Numbered from the stretch's first letter, positions 14,200 through 27,866 are shown. The stretch: DNA of 64,000 bases from Epiperipatus broadwayi (GCA_028023455.1 JAQFVV010000004.1:18972001-19036000); one strand, 5' to 3'. Made by a program: numbers and translations. Notes: generated from the sequence alone by a model not told the origin.

Positions 14200-14560
14200 C
14201 TCCGTGCTATTATGTGGAGATAAGCGATCAGTCATCAATAAAAATCATATGGATCATACCTGTTGCAAAATATTGACAGAACAAAGCAATAAAGATTTGT
14301 TTATAGCATCCCACAAAATCATGCCACTTAATGCCATCAATAATTATTAAATTATGCAGTTTGTCTTCATTAGTCTGTATTGCTTTCTTATAAAATGATG
14401 CCTTAAATTTTAAAATGAATCCTGGTTTCCATTAGTTTGAATTACATTTGTATTAAATAAAGCATTTCTTTGAGTTTGCATTGTTTTTTTTATAAAAGCA
14501 TCCATCATTGTAGCTTTTTCATAAAATGATTCATTAATTTCAAAATTATTTTCACCTTAG
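14200..14560 (-). mobile_element. Possible pogo/Tigger transposase remnant
   Basis: Minus strand ...ttcaaactaatggaaaccaggattcattttaaaatttaaggcatcatt resembles the CENP-B HTH motif FKASNGWxxxFKxRHxI. Confidence 0.3.
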
Positions 14561-17498
14561 TTTGTTGAAAATTTCACTAATTTTAATTGCCCCAATTTCA
14601 ATGTTTAATACATGTAAACTGTTGTTGTACTTTGTCATTTAATGAAAGCCTAATAAATAAATAAAAAAAATTGTGTGTAAGGATGAAAAAATATTTTCAG
14701 ATGGGATTAGAATAACTGTAATGAAGTAATTTTCAATTTAGTCTCTTCTTTTTTTTTTTTTTTTTTTGGATAAAATTTGATATAAATAAGATTTAATAAA
14801 TCATCCCTTTTTTACATTTACTAAAGAACTAAGGACGTAGAACAGTATTCAAATAAAATTGATATAATCAAGTAGGAATCCCCCTCCCTTTATATGTCTT
14901 CAGTGTTTAATATGTAAAAATTATTTTTTAATTAAATAAGTTAAATTATGTATCAAACATTTTTTCCTAATTATTGAAAATTCAAGATTCAAGATGAGTA
15001 TCAATAAAAAAATACTATTAAAAACTTATTAATTTCAAATGATATAATGAAAAAATGATAAAAAAAAATTTTAAACAACTACATTAATAAATTATATCTG
15101 AAGGGTTGCATAAAAAAATTGCACACAGAGAAAACAATTGTTACATAATATGAACATGAAAGAGTTAATCATTTTCAAAATACAGTGATTAAAGTATAAT
15201 TTATGATGTTATTTAAAAAATAAAAAGCACAAAATATTAAAACAGATGAATAAATTTTCTCTTGTAACTCGTTCATGTTAATTAAAGTATGCACTATTGA
15301 AGTGTTTATTTATTATACAATATTTGTTTCTAATTTTAGTTTTAAATGTTTATTAAATTATTCAAATTCAAGTAAAAAATTTATTACTTGAGTAAAGGAA
15401 GGGATGATGAAATTTAAAATATAAAACACCATTTGTAATTTGGTCATATTAAAACAATTGCCAAGTTCAGTAGCTGAATTATGGAGCATAAATTCTATAA
15501 TTATACATTTCAAATAGTTAATAAATTAAATAAATAAATAAAAAAAAAGGCAAATACTTTGGGCTTTAAGATGTCAATTGAAATGGTTAAAGTATTAACT
15601 AAAGATAAAAGTAAAAAGATTTTACTGAAGTAATCCAACAGACAAAAAAAAGGGAGGGGAGTGCATTTACATTTTAAAAATTTGAGAACTATTGACACGA
15701 CAAACTAATAATGTATTAATATATATACATGTTAATGACTGTATAGAAAAGAAGTCTAAAACGTAATATTAATTTAGTTTTATATATGAAATATTTTCTA
15801 TGGATGTTGTTTCTTAATTAGAGACATTAACATTAGTAAGATAAATGTACTACAAGCAATCAAACTGAATTTAATCACATAATTGATCAGTTCAAATCTT
15901 AGAAGCAAAAATGAAGATTGATAAATTAGTGATAAGCCAGTTATTAGTAATAATGAATTATTTCATAATCCAATAAATCTTACAAACCCAGAAAAATTTA
16001 TTAAAAATTGTTTTTACACTGACCTCAAAGTTCGATCATCAAGATAAATTTAAAAAAAGAATAGATTAGGAAAAAATGAAATAATATATATAAATATTAT
16101 CAGGTTTTCAACAACTAGAGAGAAAAAGAAGAGCTATTATTTAAAAAATTGGCAATGTTGAAAAAAAAAGATAATTAAGAAAATCTTACAAGTGATTATT
16201 ATGGAAATAAAATAGAAAAATATTAAAATTATTATGATTATCTATGATTGCTAAATATTTGATAGTATTTAATTAAGTAAATTTAATTTTCAAAGATAAG
16301 TTGAAGATCTCTCGAGTATTTTTATATCTACTATATATTCTTTATTAACTTCTAGCTACTACTGACATATAGCCATCTATTGCCACATAAATTGACATCA
16401 ATACAGAAAGTAGAGTTATTATTTACAATTTAGTTAAAAATGATTCTTTAAATCTTTGAAAGTTAAATTTATTTAATTAATTAAATAAAGCATACTATCA
16501 AATATTTAGCAATCACAAATAATCATTAAGTAATGAAATACCAAAAAACACTAAAAAATTTTGTATGAAGAAGAGATCAAAATTTAGTAAATCTATATAC
16601 TGTATTGTATATATATGATTATAAATTGAAATCCTAATTGTATTAGTTTTTACATTAATGGAATTCTTTTAATGAATAATATGGTAGCCTTTTTTAAATT
16701 TTTTTTTTTTTTCTTTCAGACAAATAATTTTAGCATAAATAACTAGTTTTCTGCTCATGTTCAAAAAATAAAGAATTGTGTACATTATTGTTTTTAATTA
16801 TATTATAGAGTTAATAAATATGCTTTGCATTTCTTGAGATTAAATTTGCTCATGTTTTCCCATATTGGCATTCTAAACATGTAAACCAAATGTGCTTTAT
16901 CATTATTTTCACTTATTTTTAGAATTGTTATTTAATCTATTTAAAGATAAAGGATATCAAAGACTTATTCATAATAATAAAAAAAATCTTGAAAATTAGA
17001 TATGAAGGATATAATTTCATAATAGACTTTCTATTTTATTATTTTGTTAATTTGATTTCTATACCTATATTTATATTACATATTTCAGGAGTAGCAAATT
17101 GTTGCTATAACACTCTATTATAATAATTATTTTTCCTTGATGTTTCAATTGTACCTAATACGAATGTGTTTTAAAATATATGACTGAAAAAAAATGTATC
17201 TTAATTCAAGCTTGACTAATTCCATGCTTAACAATAATAACCAAATATATATATATTTATAATTAGCCATGGTTATAGAAAAAAGCAGTTTCGTAGCATG
17301 TAAATAAGATGTAGCATTACCTAACATGACAAGTGTTACTAATGTTTATTTACTGATAATAAATCATAACATCAGATTTCACTACTGCAGTTAGGTTCAT
17401 GATTTGTTGGGAGCAATTGGTATTACCAATTAGTCTTAAAAACAAAAAATACTTAATTGTAATTATTAATTAGAGAAAATATAACTTACTATTAAAGA

Positions 17499-17554
17499 TT
17501 TTCGGCTGAACGTTTTCGAGGAACCATGCCTCATACTCATAGCCTTCATGAAAA
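17499..17554 (-). ncRNA. Minimal type-I hammerhead ribozyme (A3-U8 core variant), copy in the inverted pLTR
   Basis: Reverse complement of the 17916-17971 motif; I saw no differences between the arms. Confidence 0.7.
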
Positions 17555-17915
17555 GTGTAATAAATCTATGCCCTCAAGCCGGATGCCACGCTACATATTA
17601 TGGGGAAACGAAAGCCACAATTAATACCAGATTGGCTCAAAATCGTTACACATTCAACAGAGCTCAAACGAACAGCAGCACATCCTCTGTATTTTTCGAA
17701 CATAGTAAACAATCTGGGCACAACTTCATACCTGCCAACCCCATTATTTTATGTTCAGAGCCAAATGATTACAGGAGAAAAATAAAGGAGGCATTCTATA
17801 TTAATAGAGACATCCATGCCATTAACAGAAAGGACACATGCTTCGAGATCTCGAAAAAATGGGCTACGTAACAGTAGCTTATTTGAATATTTACATTTGC
17901 ATATATTTATTACAC

Positions 17916-17971
17916 TTTTCATGAAGGCTATGAGTATGAGGCATGGTTCCTCGAAAACGTTCAGCCGAAAA
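17916..17971 (+). ncRNA. Minimal type-I hammerhead ribozyme (A3-U8 core variant) in the 3' pLTR
   Basis: ggct-ATGAGTA-T-gagg catggtt cctc-GAAA-acgt-TC-agcc. Stem I is ggct/agcc (extended by ttttc/gaaaa), stem II is gagg/cctc, stem III is the palindrome AACGTT. Predicted cleavage after 17962. Confidence 0.72.
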
Positions 17972-18361
17972 TCTTTAATAGTAAGTTATATTTTCTCTAA
18001 TTAATAATTACAATTAAGTATTTTTTGTTTTTACATATAAGGAGAAATTAAAACCAATTAGTCTTAAATATGCTTTGGCTAATAACACAAATAAAGACTA
18101 TTATAAAAGAGGCAAATGCTTTACTCAACAATAATCACATCTCTGTTATTAATAGATCTTGGAACAAAACAAAAAAATATGGATTTAAAATTTAAAAAGT
18201 TTCTTAAATAAGAGAACAGTGTTTATCTTAAAGAAAATAAAAGTAATCAACTTATACTGCTCGATAAAATAGTTTATTTTGAAAAAGTAAATCAACAAAT
18301 TCTATTAAGTTTGAGAAATCTAATGATTAAATAAAAACACAAACCAATGTTTCCAGAAATT

Positions 18362-18425
18362 ATCATCATCAACCATTATCAATCCACTGCTGGATGAAGA
18401 TCTCTCCAAGTTCAATCCATCTTCT
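18362..18425 (-). mobile_element. Tiny RTE LINE 3' terminus
   Basis: Minus strand ttggagagatcttcatccagcagtggattgataatggttgatgatgata matches the 3' end of the RTE copy at 60375-60425. Confidence 0.7.
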
Positions 18426-19389
18426 CTGAACATTTACAAATATATATATATATCTATTTAAAAAACCCATCCATAAAGATCAATTTTGGATGGATTTAAT
18501 ATGTCAGCACAGCAAAACTTATGGAGAATAGATCCAGACTAAATTTGGCTTTCAATAAATTGATTATTTACTTCATCAGTAAAATAAAGGATGCTTAAAA
18601 TTAATAATATATTTAGAATGGCTTCTTTTGATGTTACTAATCACTAGCTCTGTATATAGAAATTATCCATAACATCATTCAGAATCTTTTGAAATGTGGA
18701 CATTTATATTGGATAAAAAATAATATATACTACATTAAATGAGGATGTCTTTAAAATGACTGTAAATTGACCCATAGATTTGTTTATTAGTGGTATTATT
18801 TATAGTATAGCTGTTATCTCCATTGAAAAAAAAATTATTTAACTTCTTTTACTAGATATGTTGATAATAGTTTTATGTACTCTTCATAAGCTTATTCAAG
18901 CAATGTATAATTTAAATAAATTTCAGAAAGATGAAGATATTATTATTAAATTGTTATATTTAAACTTAATAAGACAATGGAATCTCATACATGTAAAGAT
19001 GCTAAATACTGGGAGTTATCTACATCCATTACCAAACATTCCATTCCACTATAAAATGGCACATTTGAAAAAATCTTTTTATTTAGAAATTTAAAACTTT
19101 GCAAATTTGAATCTCAGAAAAAATAATTTAGAAAATTATAAAAATGATTTGAGCAAAGTTGAATATTCTAAAATCATGCTTAATAAGCAAATAAAAAAAA
19201 TCCACGTATAAACATAAAAAACAATAGAATATCTATGGATTGTTATGCCCTTTATACCTAATTTATACAAAAATAATTTCTACTATGAATAAGTCAAATA
19301 TAGTTTTAAATGCCCATCTTAAAATAAATTAATTAAGAATTCTAAGGATAAGCTTGAAAATAATGATAAAGCATAGTTGATTTATGCCA

Positions 19390-19619
19390 GTACTTATGTA
19401 TTAGATCTGCTGCCTATGTTTGTGACAGCAGAATGTCATATCTTTCTCCAGTTAGGAGGTAGAGGAAGGTAAGGATGTTTACAATGGCAGAATGCCATAA
19501 CTGTGACTTTAATATGGCATTCTGTCATCATAAACACCCCTGCCACACACACATACATTGGAGAAAGATATGGTATTCTACCATCGCAAACATGGGCAGC
19601 GGGTCTAATATGTAAGTAC
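19390..19619. mobile_element. Foldback/MITE-like palindromic element
   Basis: About 60-bp imperfect terminal inverted repeats (gtacttatgtattagatctgctgcc...tatctttctcca / tggagaaagata...ggcagcgggtctaatatgtaagtac) plus an inner hairpin atggcagaatgccata / tatggcattctgtcat. Confidence 0.65.
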
Positions 19620-21147
19620 CTTTCTGTCTTCCAGTGCCAAATCTATAATGCTAGATATTACAGGGATATGGAGAAACATGAGTAAATTTAATGTCAAAAA
19701 AAATTTCACAGCTCCTTCACCTAGATAAAAGAGCTAAAAACAATAGTCATTATAATTCTGTAATTTTTGAATATGAGAAGAAAAATTGCCCATTTATTTA
19801 AATCTGTTAATGCCAAAATCATTTGTCCAGGGAAAAGTTTTGCATATAATTTATTCAAAAAAATTTTCTTAATGGAAGAAACACTAACATTCTTCTTAAC
19901 AAGATCTGTTGTTTTAATTTATACCTGAATATATAATTAATTTTAAAAATTTCATTAATATAAAAGCTAATTAATCATCCTTCTTAACAAAAATGTTTCA
20001 ATTTATAATGAATATATACATATTTAGGTTTGTTAAAATAAATTATTTTTTAACTTTGATAAAGATGTTCTGCATGAAAAGCCTGGCTTAATTTTTTTTT
20101 TTTTAAGTTTATCATTTATTATTTGTATGTTTTATTATAGTCTAAAATATTTTAATATATATATGTGCATTATGCAATTTTTCTGAAATAACACTAAACA
20201 AATAAATGTACATTTATACATATTACATACAACAAAAATTTTAAATACTTAAAATGTAATATACAACAGGATATTACAATTAAGCAATAACATGATCATC
20301 GAGGTAATTTAGTCACTGCTTGCCAATCCTTAATTTATTTTATCTCAGTTGTAGTTAGCTTTAGGATTCAGGTGCAAAATAGAAAAGATTATATAATTAT
20401 TATGAAACAAAGAATAGCTTTAAGGTATAAAACTAAATTATTTCATAAAAAATGAACAATCCAGATTGCTGTGTTATATATGGCAAATAACATTTTATTA
20501 CATACAAAAATTTATTTTTGTAGAAAAAGACTTCTAGAAATAAAATTAAAATATTCATTGGTAAAATAAAAAATATTGAAGCTAATATATTTTCAATATT
20601 AATGTGAGATCTGGCTTCCTCCCATCCCAAAATCAATATGTATGATGACATTCAACCACAAATGCTGATTCAAATATTTGATTATTTCTAGTTTTTGGTT
20701 TAATAGTATTCATATCCAAATACATAGATTCTTTATAAATATATTGAACCAAGCAAGTTGGAATTTTCTGATTAATATTTTTACAGCTACTTTAATTTAT
20801 GGATTTCAAATATAAAATATTTTAAATTATAATTTTTCATACTTGAGATACATTAAATAGATTAGCAATTTGATTTGAAATATTTTTGAAATGAATTATA
20901 AATACTAATAAATTCACTTTAAAATACTTAAATATTGAATTAATTTCATACTCAAATTTCTTAATTTCAATAACAAATTATTTTAAATTGAAATTAACCA
21001 GATCAAAATTTTCCTTAAAATTATTTAACATGTACAAAAAATGTCTATATAATTCAAAATCAAATTTTGATAAAATTTGAAATAAAATCAGATAAGAAAG
21101 ATAAGTTCTTTTATAAAGAAAATATACAATATTAAGCAAAAAAAAAT

Positions 21148-21359
21148 TGCTTTAAAAATTCTATCATCTTTATTTTATAATTAGCCTCAAATCTATTTCC
21201 TGAAATAGAACAGATAATTTTAAATGCAATATCCAAAAATCTTTTATAGTAAGCTGCTTTAAAAATTCTATCATCTTTATTTTATAATTAGCCTCAAATC
21301 TATTTCCTGAAATAGAGTAGATAATTTTAAATGCAATATCCAAAAATCTTTTATAGTAA
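21148..21359. repeat. Recent tandem duplication of a 105-bp unit
   Basis: tgctttaaaaattctatc...cttttatagtaa occurs at 21148-21252 and 21255-21359, differing only at gaacag versus gagtag. Confidence 0.9.
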
Positions 21360-22229
21360 ACTAAAAACCCATAAAAATTGTTGAATAATGCAATATGTCT
21401 AAAATATTTGTCATTTTTTTAAGTTAAAAAAAAAAAATTATAATCTTCCATAAATTCATAAAATGCAGCTGTTTATTTTCCTTTGTCCTCTAATAATGAT
21501 ATAATTTTCAGTTGCTCATTTGGGCAAATCACCAAATACAATACTGTCAAAATTAATATCATTAAGATGCTTCAGCAGTATTTAAAATGTAAAGAAAAAA
21601 CAATATATGGATACATGCTTGTCATTAAAAAAAAGTAACATTGTAATTAACAACTCATGACTATTACTAATGAAATTATTTTGCTACAACAAAATATTCA
21701 TAATTAAATACCATTTTTACACTAATTAAAAAGCACAATTTCAAAGATGCAAGTTAATGAAATCAGTTTGTTATTGGTTAGGAAGGCTAAATTTCAAATT
21801 CTTGATTTTTGTAGTCTAATTTTGAATTTTAAATCACATTTTTCATCTAGTATTCAAAAGTGGTTTAAATATTCAAGTGTTTTCTTTTCTTTGAAATCAC
21901 AAAGACAATTTACTACTAAACAGATACATCTTTCATTAGTTGTAAAAAAATAATCATGGTCGCAATAATCAAAAATGAGAAAAATATTTTTAGTGCAGAA
22001 TGCAAAAAAAAAAAAAAGTTTCATTACATTTACATAGCCTTTTTTAGAGTTTATTTATAACTTAATATTTGAAATACATGCATAATTAATATACTTGGAG
22101 ATTAAATGTAATTATAGAGGATTTGAACAGATACAAATTCCCTTCATATAATCTGCTGGATGGTGCAAATTTACTTTTTACATATTTTTTAAAAGTTGCA
22201 ACTTTCATAATACTAATATAATCATCATT

Positions 22230-23620
22230 TTCGAGCTTTATTAATCTAGTGCAATAACAAAGTTCCTTACTTCACCCATCAATTTCCGATGATCTCTTTC
22301 CAGATCTTCTAGTCTTTTGGGATCCAATTTAAAACTTCAACTATCTATCTATTATCATTCCCTCTAGTAATATAACTTATCCAGCTCTGTTTCAGTTTCT
22401 TAATTCTTTCAATGATATTTATTTGTTATCTCGCAGTATTTTGTTTTTGATACCTTCTCACTAATTCCAACATACATCTTTTCATACTTTACTGAATGGT
22501 CTGAAATCACTATACAGCTTTTCTATTAAATATTCAAGTCTCAGATTCATAAATAAGAACTAATAAAACACAACCTATTAAAAACTTTCATTTTCAGAAA
22601 CAAATGTATAGTTTTTTTAAATACTAAGTTATTTCTACCAAAAATACTCCCTCCAAAATTAATCCAATTAATTTCATCCATTATGTTTCAACCTATATTA
22701 ACAATCTGATTAAGGTATTTGTAGTTAATTTCTAATTCATGATTACCAATCATTATTTTCTACTGAGAAAATCCATTGGATATTATTTTAGTCTTTTTAA
22801 GTACAGTATTTATCTTTATTCTTTATTTCATCAAATAACTGTTCCAACATTTAATCCAAACCCTTAAGTATTACTAGCAAACACAACTGCATTATCTGCA
22901 AGATCTAGATGACTTAAATATTCTTCATACATTTTTTATTCCTTTAATTTTTATTTTAATCTGCAAAATATTTCTTGTAAAACTGCTATAAAAAATTTTG
23001 AAGATATGAAATTGCCCTGATATACAGCCTTAAAAAGTAATCTTACTAATGTTACTATATTACTAATCACTGCTGTTGAACTTTAATATTCTTCAGAATG
23101 ACAATATCCTAAGTCTATACCTTGATCATTCAAAGCTTTAACTACTGGAAAACATAGGATGAAATGCCTTTTCATAATCTATAAATCCAAAATAAAATGG
23201 TAACTAATACTCATTAATCCCTTCTATAATTTTTCTTAATATTTGGATGTGATCCATTGTGTTAAAATCATTTTTAAATACAGCTTGTTCTTTTAATTGG
23301 TTGAGTTCAAAGTTTGCTATAAATGAATTGTACGTATTTTGGTAAAGATTTTACATAAAATTGACAGAAAATTCATTGTTCTGTGATTTCTAGTTACCTT
23401 CTTTATTATATTTCTTAAACATCACTGTAATTATTGCATTCTTCGAACAACTAATATATCTTTATTGTTTAAACATTTGAAATATGGTTTTGCCTATATT
23501 TTTCTACTTCTTCATCAGTTTCTTTTAAAATATCAATAATAATTCCATCATTTCCTGGAATTTATTTATAGATTTAATTGCATGATACAAAATATTAAAT
23601 GCTCTGTAAAGCTAACATAC
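22230..23620 (-). mobile_element. Decayed RTE LINE (RT and 3' region)
   Basis: Minus strand: KNDGIIIDILK-like segment near 23540, gattt...catcc (DFEKAFH-like) near 23160-23190, HLDLADNAVVF near 22880-22910, and KRLEDLERDHRKLMGEVRNF near 22270-22320. Confidence 0.65.
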
Positions 23621-26600
23621 CATAAAAAGAAAATATAATTACTATAACATAAAAAAGAATTTAAATATTCTTAGTTATTAACTTTAAATTTGCTCATAAG
23701 AAGTAAATTTTGATAATAGCTTCCTTAATGAATTTAAATTATTCTACATAAAATTTATAGTAAAGTAATTTATAATTACTTAAAAGTATAGTTACTTATA
23801 AGTAATTGCTTTTTTACCATAAAAACTGACTTTTTTCAACAGACAAATCTAAGTAGGAAAGAATCTTTCTTCCTTAACAAAATAAATCTTAGATTATCTA
23901 TTAATTTTTTTTTCAATTATTTATTTAATAATAACATCATACAGACAGAAAGTAAAAAAATTAATCTATTAATTGAATTTGGTCAATTTATACACCTGAG
24001 CACATCAGTGTAATCTACACTGCATGCAAAAATATATATGTTGCAAATACTATTACATGAACAAATTCTTTTATAAATAATTTTAAAAAATGTTATTAGA
24101 TTGAATGCCAAAATTTTCTTTTCAAAATTAAAAATAATTTTTACATAGAGTTAATTTAATTTGATATAACATAAAATGTAATTATTAAAATTATAACATA
24201 CCTGAAAGCATTTACAAATTTATTTTTAAAATATATATGTATTTGCTATGTCCCCTAACCCCCAGAATTAAAAAAAGGTTTTTTTAAACTAAAACGTTTT
24301 TTAAAAAAAATTGTAAAAAAAAAAAAACTAAGTTATTTCACTATTTTGAAAATATAATGAAAAGTAAAATAAATTATTTACAATGTGATAAATCATAATA
24401 CCTATATCGTGGCACTGATTTTTCCTTATTTTTCCTTATGTTTTCTCAAAAAACTAATTCATATTCATTTTTGGGTTCCAAATGCTGCTGAACCATGGCA
24501 AATTAAAAAATAAGTTAAGAAATTTATGTCTATTTTTATTTTGTCTATTAAAATTTGTATTGGAGTGCAACTGCATTAAGACTTTAAAGTGCAAGAAGAG
24601 TGAAATATTATATGTTACACAATGCAAAAAATGACCAAATGTCACATCATATATTTTAGGCAAATAGCCTAATCAAGTATTGAAGAGACAATCATACCAC
24701 TAGTATAATGTATCTGATGTTAAACTTCAAATTTTTGTAAATCTATTTAGAATCAGGTCAATAATACACAAAGCAAAATTTTTTAACATTTGTTTTTCCA
24801 CAGAATCTTGCATAAATAAATATCTAAGTATATAATAAACAATCACTTGAAGCTTTAACTATGAAATAGCTTGATATATGTTGTTTGCTCTGTGATGTAA
24901 AAATCAACCAATCTTTGCACAACAGATACTATTTAAATAGATTGTAGTAATATTTAAACTAGAATGTTGGGACTGTTGGTGCTTTTAAAGGCATTTGATA
25001 AAGGAGTTTTGCCTGAAGTATTTGATCAACATATCAAACAAGTTTAGAAATACTGTAGAGATCACATTGAAAGTTTAATATATTGTCAATTTATTTTGTA
25101 TTTACTCTATGAATAATGTTAATTCTTAATCTTGAATTTAATATCACTAATACAATCATATAAATTACTATTATTATTTTTAAAAAAACATATTTAAACA
25201 TTTAATTTTAAACAATTTAGTTTAAGTATTAATGACCATTGGTAAACAATTTTACTAAATAAGATAGTTCAATCACTGACATGAAATAGATTGTGTTAGG
25301 AGTATATGTTGAAATAATTATAAGTTAAAGACAACAGGGTGGTTTTCCTAAAACACTGAGAAGATTGATTGATTTTTGCATTATATATAGCAATGAAATT
25401 GAAAAATTGTAGATGAGCATTTAATTAAGTTTGAATATTGCTTAGAGATATTTTATATATTTGCAAAAGTAATTTCTCCTTGAGATTTTATATAGTTTTT
25501 GCATTTAGTTTGATCATTTTCTTAAGCCTTTACTATTAATAAAGGTTATAGTCACATTTTCTTCTCTTTTGATAACTTCTAATATCACATTTAAGCTATA
25601 AATACTTTTTTTTTTTCCAGTTTAAAAAGTGTTGACAAAATTGTAATTATCAAAAGTGCAACTACTACACATATATAAAACAATATTATATTCCATTAAA
25701 CCTGTAATCAGTATTTTCATGATGGCATTCTCTTTTTTTATTTTTTAAGCATAAGATTATTGTGAAATGATTTTGTTTTGTGATCTAAAAATTGTGAAAA
25801 CAATCAAAACTGTAGGGTTGTTTGAAATAATTTTTCTGATTTACACAGGGCTATTCTACAAAAACCATGCTTTTATTATAAAACAATTTTAGACAAGTTT
25901 GATATTATTTGTGTTATGTATTCAATCTAACAGACATATAAATTTTATAAAAGCCTTTATATCACAACCAAATGCTGAAGAATATATTGATTTCTCATAT
26001 TATTTTACCATTTATTTTTAGAATTTTATGGAGCATTTTTAAATAAAAATTTTCTCATGTTTTTGGGTTGTCAATAATATTCAAGTATTATTTCCATACA
26101 ATAAATTGAATAAATTAACAGTTCTACATACAATTAATTTAATAGTAGAAACTAGCAATATGACAAAATATTCTTTTAACTTTTTAAAAAAAGCAAAAGC
26201 ACATTGTAGTGTTAATATTTCAAGAACAGCAATATATTTTCAGTCAATTTATTTACAGTAATTATACATAACTGCAATACAATATATCATTTAATTTGGT
26301 TAAAAGTAGCAGCATATGGTTGTTTGTGTTTTATCTCAATATCTAAATCAGCTTTAAAATTTTAAAAAGGCTATTTTGAGTCACCCATTCAAGTTGATAA
26401 CTATTCAAACTAAAAGTCATCAAGATTTTTCTTTTATCACTGGCTAATAAAGAACTTGAGTTGTTTTTTTTTTAAACATTAATTACTAAATCAAAACATT
26501 TGTTAATTTCAAAACATTAAGTACATTTAACAGATAGTCTTTTGGATTAATAAGGACAGTACAATCACCAACATATTTTAAATCCATAAGCAATAAAGAT

Positions 26601-27866
26601 AGAAGTTTTTGTTTTTTGCTTTTAATCAAACAAATTAAAAATTGTATCAAATCACTTACATCTTGATATTGGCATTATAAAGCTGACTACAAAAAAAAAT
26701 TTTTTTCAAATGTCTGAAATTTTTCATTTATAGTTAACAAGATTCCCTCTTGTATAATATGGATACATTTTGATGAATTATCAATTACAAATAATACCAC
26801 ATATTAATTAAGTCAAATACTTTGATCAAATCAATAAAAGCAATATATATATATGTATCACTTTTGTTCCAGATACTTCTCTTGCATTTGCCTAGCATCA
26901 AAACTATGTACCTATAAAGCTTCTTGATTTCTAATACCAAACAGTCTCTGGTAATAATTCATTTATAACAAGAACAATTTAGTCAACAAAATCCATGAAA
27001 AGAACTTTTGCTGCATTGAATAATTATTTCTATAATGTTATTCACAATAATTATTGCAATCTTGTCTAGCCCTATTATTCTAAAAAACTGAAATTAAAAG
27101 CATCCCTAAGATCAAGAGAGAAAATTTTGTTAAGTTGATATATTACTAAAAAAAATTCTAATATTACGATTTTTATGATTACAAAGACATTTTAACTTCA
27201 CTTAGTGGAATATCTTTGTCCAAATCTAAATAAGCTGGAAAACTTTGTCCAAATCTAAATAAGTCGAAAATGGACTTATTAAAATTCTTCAAATCAATTC
27301 TAGTATCATCATATACAAGATGATTAAAATACTACACTTGTTCGAAATATCTCACAAGAGATTTAATAAATCCATAAACCATTTTCAATATATCAAAAAC
27401 CATACTTAAGTGGTTGATCAGCCAATATCTATCTCTAAATGTACAATAAATTATCATATATGTACATAACGTTTATAGTAATTTCTCAAATTTAACTAGT
27501 AATTAAATATATATAGTACAACGCATCATACGGGGATTTAACAAAGTCAACTGTTTCTCTCCAACTACCTTCAAAACAAGTCAGAAATAAATTATAACGT
27601 GACCATGTGATCAAAATCAGCCAATAGCATTTTTTTAATTCTAACCATTAAATATATACCTCTAAAGTTTAAGATATTTAAATATGATATAGTTTTGCAT
27701 AGCATAAATAATCATACAAAAGGCAAAACGTGTTACACTATCATTTTTTGTATTCTATATATTAGATCACAGGTTTATCAAAGATCAAAACTGCTTATTC
27801 TAATAACTTGGGTATATACAGTTAATTTCTTACATTTAACAATAGTATTGTAAAATAGAATAAAAA

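Larger units (their letters stand above)
17437..18052 (+). mobile_element. Young 5'-truncated Penelope-like element: GIY-YIG endonuclease C-terminal half between inverted pseudo-LTRs
   Basis: 17566-17871 reads LCPQAGCHATYYGETKATINTRL...FEHSKQSGHNF...ILCSEPNDYRRKIKEAFYINRDIHAINRK (YIG-like strand, CCHH residues, catalytic R/E/N). 129-bp inverted arms at 17437-17565 and 17905-18033, with a ~19-nt tail on the right arm. 16-bp TSD accaattagtcttaaa (17425-17440 and 18053-18068). CpGs are intact. Confidence 0.92.
18100..19800 (+). mobile_element. Old decayed Penelope-like element (RT plus linker and GIY-YIG start)
   Basis: Broken frames give K-DKxNxxILLDKxxYxxK (about 18230-18290), MASFDVTN (18617-18640; PLE motif VSFDVxSLF), HPLPxxxK, MPFIPNLY (about 19245) and NKLIKNSKDKLE, then an IY..C..CNA.Y-like remnant after the palindromic insertion. 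Confidence 0.6.

Noticed and set aside
17548-17565. ATG start of ORF 17548-17871 as a real gene start
   Set aside because: The ATG lies in the inverted pLTR arm and is fused by chance to the truncated GIY-YIG frame.
27214-27270. Short direct repeats (29-bp unit here; also 327-402 and about 41566-41622) as CRISPR-like arrays
   Set aside because: Two-copy tandem duplications with no unique spacers in eukaryotic DNA.
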